Assembly (NCBI RefSeq): GCF_036321535.1
Contig: NC_087466.1
Location: forward strand, 17,236,001 to 17,300,000
Source of the DNA: Camelus dromedarius
Taxonomy: Eukaryota
Length of the DNA stretch: 64,000 nucleotides
Direction of reading: 5' to 3'
In this document: positions 61,600 through 64,000 of the stretch, piece after piece
Position numbering within the stretch: position 1 is the first letter of the stretch
How the letters are laid out: each line of letters opens with the position of its first letter
Translations under genes and position numbers: made by a program
Notes under the pieces: generated by a model
The model's input: only the letters and a program-made list of their open reading frames with translations
Told to the model about the DNA's origin: nothing
Database searches by the model: none

Positions 61600-62460
61600 C
61601 ATGCTTTCCTCCGGGCACCTCGAGGCCACCTGCTGGAAAGCCGGCACCGTGCACACCCACGCGGCGGTCTTACCTTGGGTGGGTCGAAGAGCTCCAGCAC
61701 CCGGTCCGCGCCTTCGGGGCCGCCCGCGCGCCGCAGCGCCAGCCGCCCCCGCTGCCAGCGCGCCCCGCTGTCCATGGAGGCCTCGTCGGCCAGGCTGTAC
61801 CGCAGCGTCGCCTCCTTGAGGGCCTCGGGCGGCGGCTCCCGGGCCAGGCTCCAGGGCAGGAGCTTCCTAGCCAGGCCGGGCCTCGCGGGGGCCTCGCCTG
61901 CCTCCCCCGCGGCCCCGGCGGCGGGGCCCGCGGGCAGCTCCCCGGCCGAGCGGTGGCGGAAGATGTGGCGGAGACTGTGGCGCAAGTGCTGGAGGGAGCA
62001 GGGGGCGGACGGCCGCGGCGGGGCCAGCTCCTCCGAGCTGCGGGCCTTGGGCAGGGCCGGGGCGGCGGGGCCCGGGCCCAGCTCGGCCGGGGGCGCCTCG
62101 GCCTTGGCAGGGGTCCCGCGGCCGGTCTCACGGTAGTCGCGCGCCGGGGCGGCGGCCCGGGGTCCCGGCGGCCCGGGCGCCCGGCCCTCGCGCACCTCGC
62201 GGCAGAAGTAGCGCTGGAAGAGGTCGGTGAACTGCAGCGACACGAGCTCGGCGCGCAGCGGCGCGTGGTGCGGGTGCTCGCGGGCGAAGAGCCAGTACTG
62301 CCGGGCCAGCTCCCGGGCCGCGGCCACCGCGTGCAGCTCGCAGAACTCGCTCCAGCCCCGCGGGGACGGGGACGACGAGGAGGCCGAGGACGCGGAGGAG
62401 GCCGAGGAGGGCTGCAGGGTGGGCCCGTTCATGGCGGAGACCGAGGTGGAGCGGCCAGGC
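61600..62460. promoter_or_regulatory. Intragenic CpG island covering SH2B3 exon 2
   Basis: Very high GC and dense CpG, contrasting with L1-derived flanks. Confidence 0.85.
61674..62432 (-). CDS. SH2B3: SH2B3 exon 2, first coding exon (MNGPTLQP...[10 protein letters not shown]...LELFDPPK): dimerisation domain and start of the PH domain
   Basis: ATG in gccATG context at 62432. Exon begins at 62459 after ctttcAG, GTAAGA donor at 61673. 759 nt = 253 codons; the whole CDS is 1731 nt (576 aa plus stop). The non-coding exon 1 lies beyond the window. Confidence 0.98.
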
Positions 62461-62519
62461 TGAAAGATACGATGAGGGGTGGGCAACAAAGGAGGGAGAG
62501 CACAGGTGAGCAGCTGACC

Positions 62520-63190
62520 ACTTTAAACCCCCCACCAGACATGCTATTCCCCAGGCACAAACAACATCAAGAATATTACCCTTAATACCCAATGCTGGTG
62601 AAGATGCAGGGAAATGGGCACTTCCCTACAGTGTTGAAGCGCTGCTAGGGGCATAGCCTTTTTGGAGAGCAATCTGGCAGGATCATTTTCAGACCCAGTA
62701 ATTCCACTTGTAAGTAGTCAAGAGAAATAGCTGCCCACATGTACACATGCGAAGAGAGGCAGGTACAAGATAATCCCCTGCTAGGCATTTCCTGCCCCAA
62801 CATTTATAAAAGGGAAAAAGTAAATACAACCTTAAGGCCCATCAGTCAGAGACTGGTGAAATAAACTGTGGCACATCTGCAGCAGTGGAAGAGGAGGAGG
62901 GAGATCTATGCTGCCACATTTAGGAATCTCCAAGGCCACCACGTTAAGTGAAAAGGCAAACCCCAGAGCAATACCAACTGTGCAATCCCATTTATATGAA
63001 CACACAAAACCAAACAACCAATTTTTATGTGTACATAAATGTGTTCAAGTGGAGGGCTGGGAAGGTGTGGCTAGAGCAAAAGCATCTAGAAATGGTGGTG
63101 AGCTGTGGAGAGGAGCCAGAATTTGGGGTGCAGTGGGGAAGTAACCAAGGAAGACTGTTGTTACCACTTGTCTCTAGAAAATATGGTTAA
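62520..63190 (+). mobile_element. Old L1ME-type relic
   Basis: TGCTGGTGAAGATGCAGGGAAATGGGCAC, TTTTGGAGAGCAATCTGGCA, GGTGAAATAAACTGTGG. Confidence 0.7.
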
Positions 63191-63199
63191 GAACATGGC

Positions 63200-63385
63200 A
63201 CCTGGAGCCTTGGCTCAAATCCCAGAACAATCACTTACTAGTTGTGTGACCTTGGGTGAATGAGTCCTCTCTGCCTTACTTCCCCCAACTGTAAAATGGG
63301 GAACATGGTTGTACCTACCTCACAGGAGTGTTAAGAGGATGCACTGAGTGAGTAAATGTAAAGGCCTTAGAACCTAAGAAAAGCC
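63200..63385. mobile_element. MIR relic
   Basis: CTCAAATCCCAG..CACTTACTAGTTGTGTGACCTTGGG...CTGTAAAATGGG...CCTACCTCACAGG. Confidence 0.85.
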
Positions 63386-64000
63386 TAGTAAAGGCTTCAG
63401 ATGTTACAATGAGAGTATATCTTTGGTGTCAATAAAAATATAAAACAACAAATGAAAAGAAATAAATCAGCAAGACTGACAAGGGATGCAAAGGTACTTC
63501 TTGCTCTGATGGGGACCATCAGGACAGGCAGACCCTTGCCTGCCCATCCCAACTGGGGCTCCCACGCAATCAAAATGGAGAAGCCCCCTACCCTCTGCTG
63601 TCCACAGTGCTGAACCCTGGATCTCTCTAGTTACTGTCAATATCATCCTTCCTTCCTTCCAACTAAGCCTGGCTGGACCCCTACTGGGGACCACATAATC
63701 AGGGCTGCTCATTCACACAGCCCTCCCACTCAGATATTACTGAGGGCCTACTGTGTGCCAGGCACTGTGCTAGACCCTGGGGATACAGCAGTGAGCCAGA
63801 CATACAGAAACTCCTGCTCTCCTGGGACTACATTACACACACACATATTAGCTGTGTGGCCCCTGACACCTGACTGGACCTCTCTGAACCCCGGTTTCCT
63901 CATCTGTCAAATGGGGAGCAGCATGGTATCTACCTCCTAAGATGGTTGCTAAGGAGTCCTTGAAAGGAGACTTAAGGTGAAGATCTGAACCTGGAGATTG

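Noticed and set aside
62433-62489. 19-aa N-terminal extension of SH2B3 ([19 protein letters not shown]) in the ORF track
   Set aside because: Its start (a TTG codon at 62489-62487) lies upstream of the exon 2 acceptor (62460), inside intron 1. The true start is the gccATG at 62432.
61528-62585. Antisense ORFs of 202 and 210 aa, and alternative-frame ORFs, over SH2B3 exon 2
   Set aside because: Expected in extremely GC-rich coding DNA, which is poor in stop codons. The products are low-complexity with no recognisable domain.

Overview
Mammalian genomic DNA, most likely a camelid. This is inferred from repeated copies of a tRNA-derived SINE (GGGGAGGGTATAGCTCAGTGGTAGAG...CCTAATTACCTCCCC) that I recall as camelid-type, and from the absence of Alu or ruminant-type SINEs. 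The window holds two convergent genes. On the + strand is the 3' half of ATXN2: 11 coding exons are visible (human-equivalent 12-20, 22, 23), while exon 21, exon 24 and most of exon 25 are not visible and probably lie under N-runs. On the - strand is the complete coding sequence of SH2B3/LNK (exons 2-8, 576 aa) with a ~3.1 kb 3'UTR. Introns carry L1, L2, MIR, MLT1, MER20, MER3 and Tigger relics plus young SINEs. I see no prokaryotic-type system, CRISPR array or RNA gene, and no evidence of a wholly new system. The best leads are regulatory or splicing-level and inferred from motifs only: (1) three candidate cassette/micro-exons in ATXN2 intron 20 (22, 87 and 15 nt); (2) a candidate alternative C-terminal exon in ATXN2 intron 23; (3) a CpG-rich internal promoter or alternative first exon in SH2B3 intron 2 whose ORF stops 1 nt before the donor; (4) STAT5/ETS/GATA, AP-1/NF-kB/ETS and perfect DR1 motif clusters in that intron; (5) an in-frame, stop-free SH2B3 intron 7; (6) a D>A change in the SH2 domain; (7) N-runs that look like masking of real sequence rather than random gaps. 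Comparisons with human proteins are from memory and need alignment.
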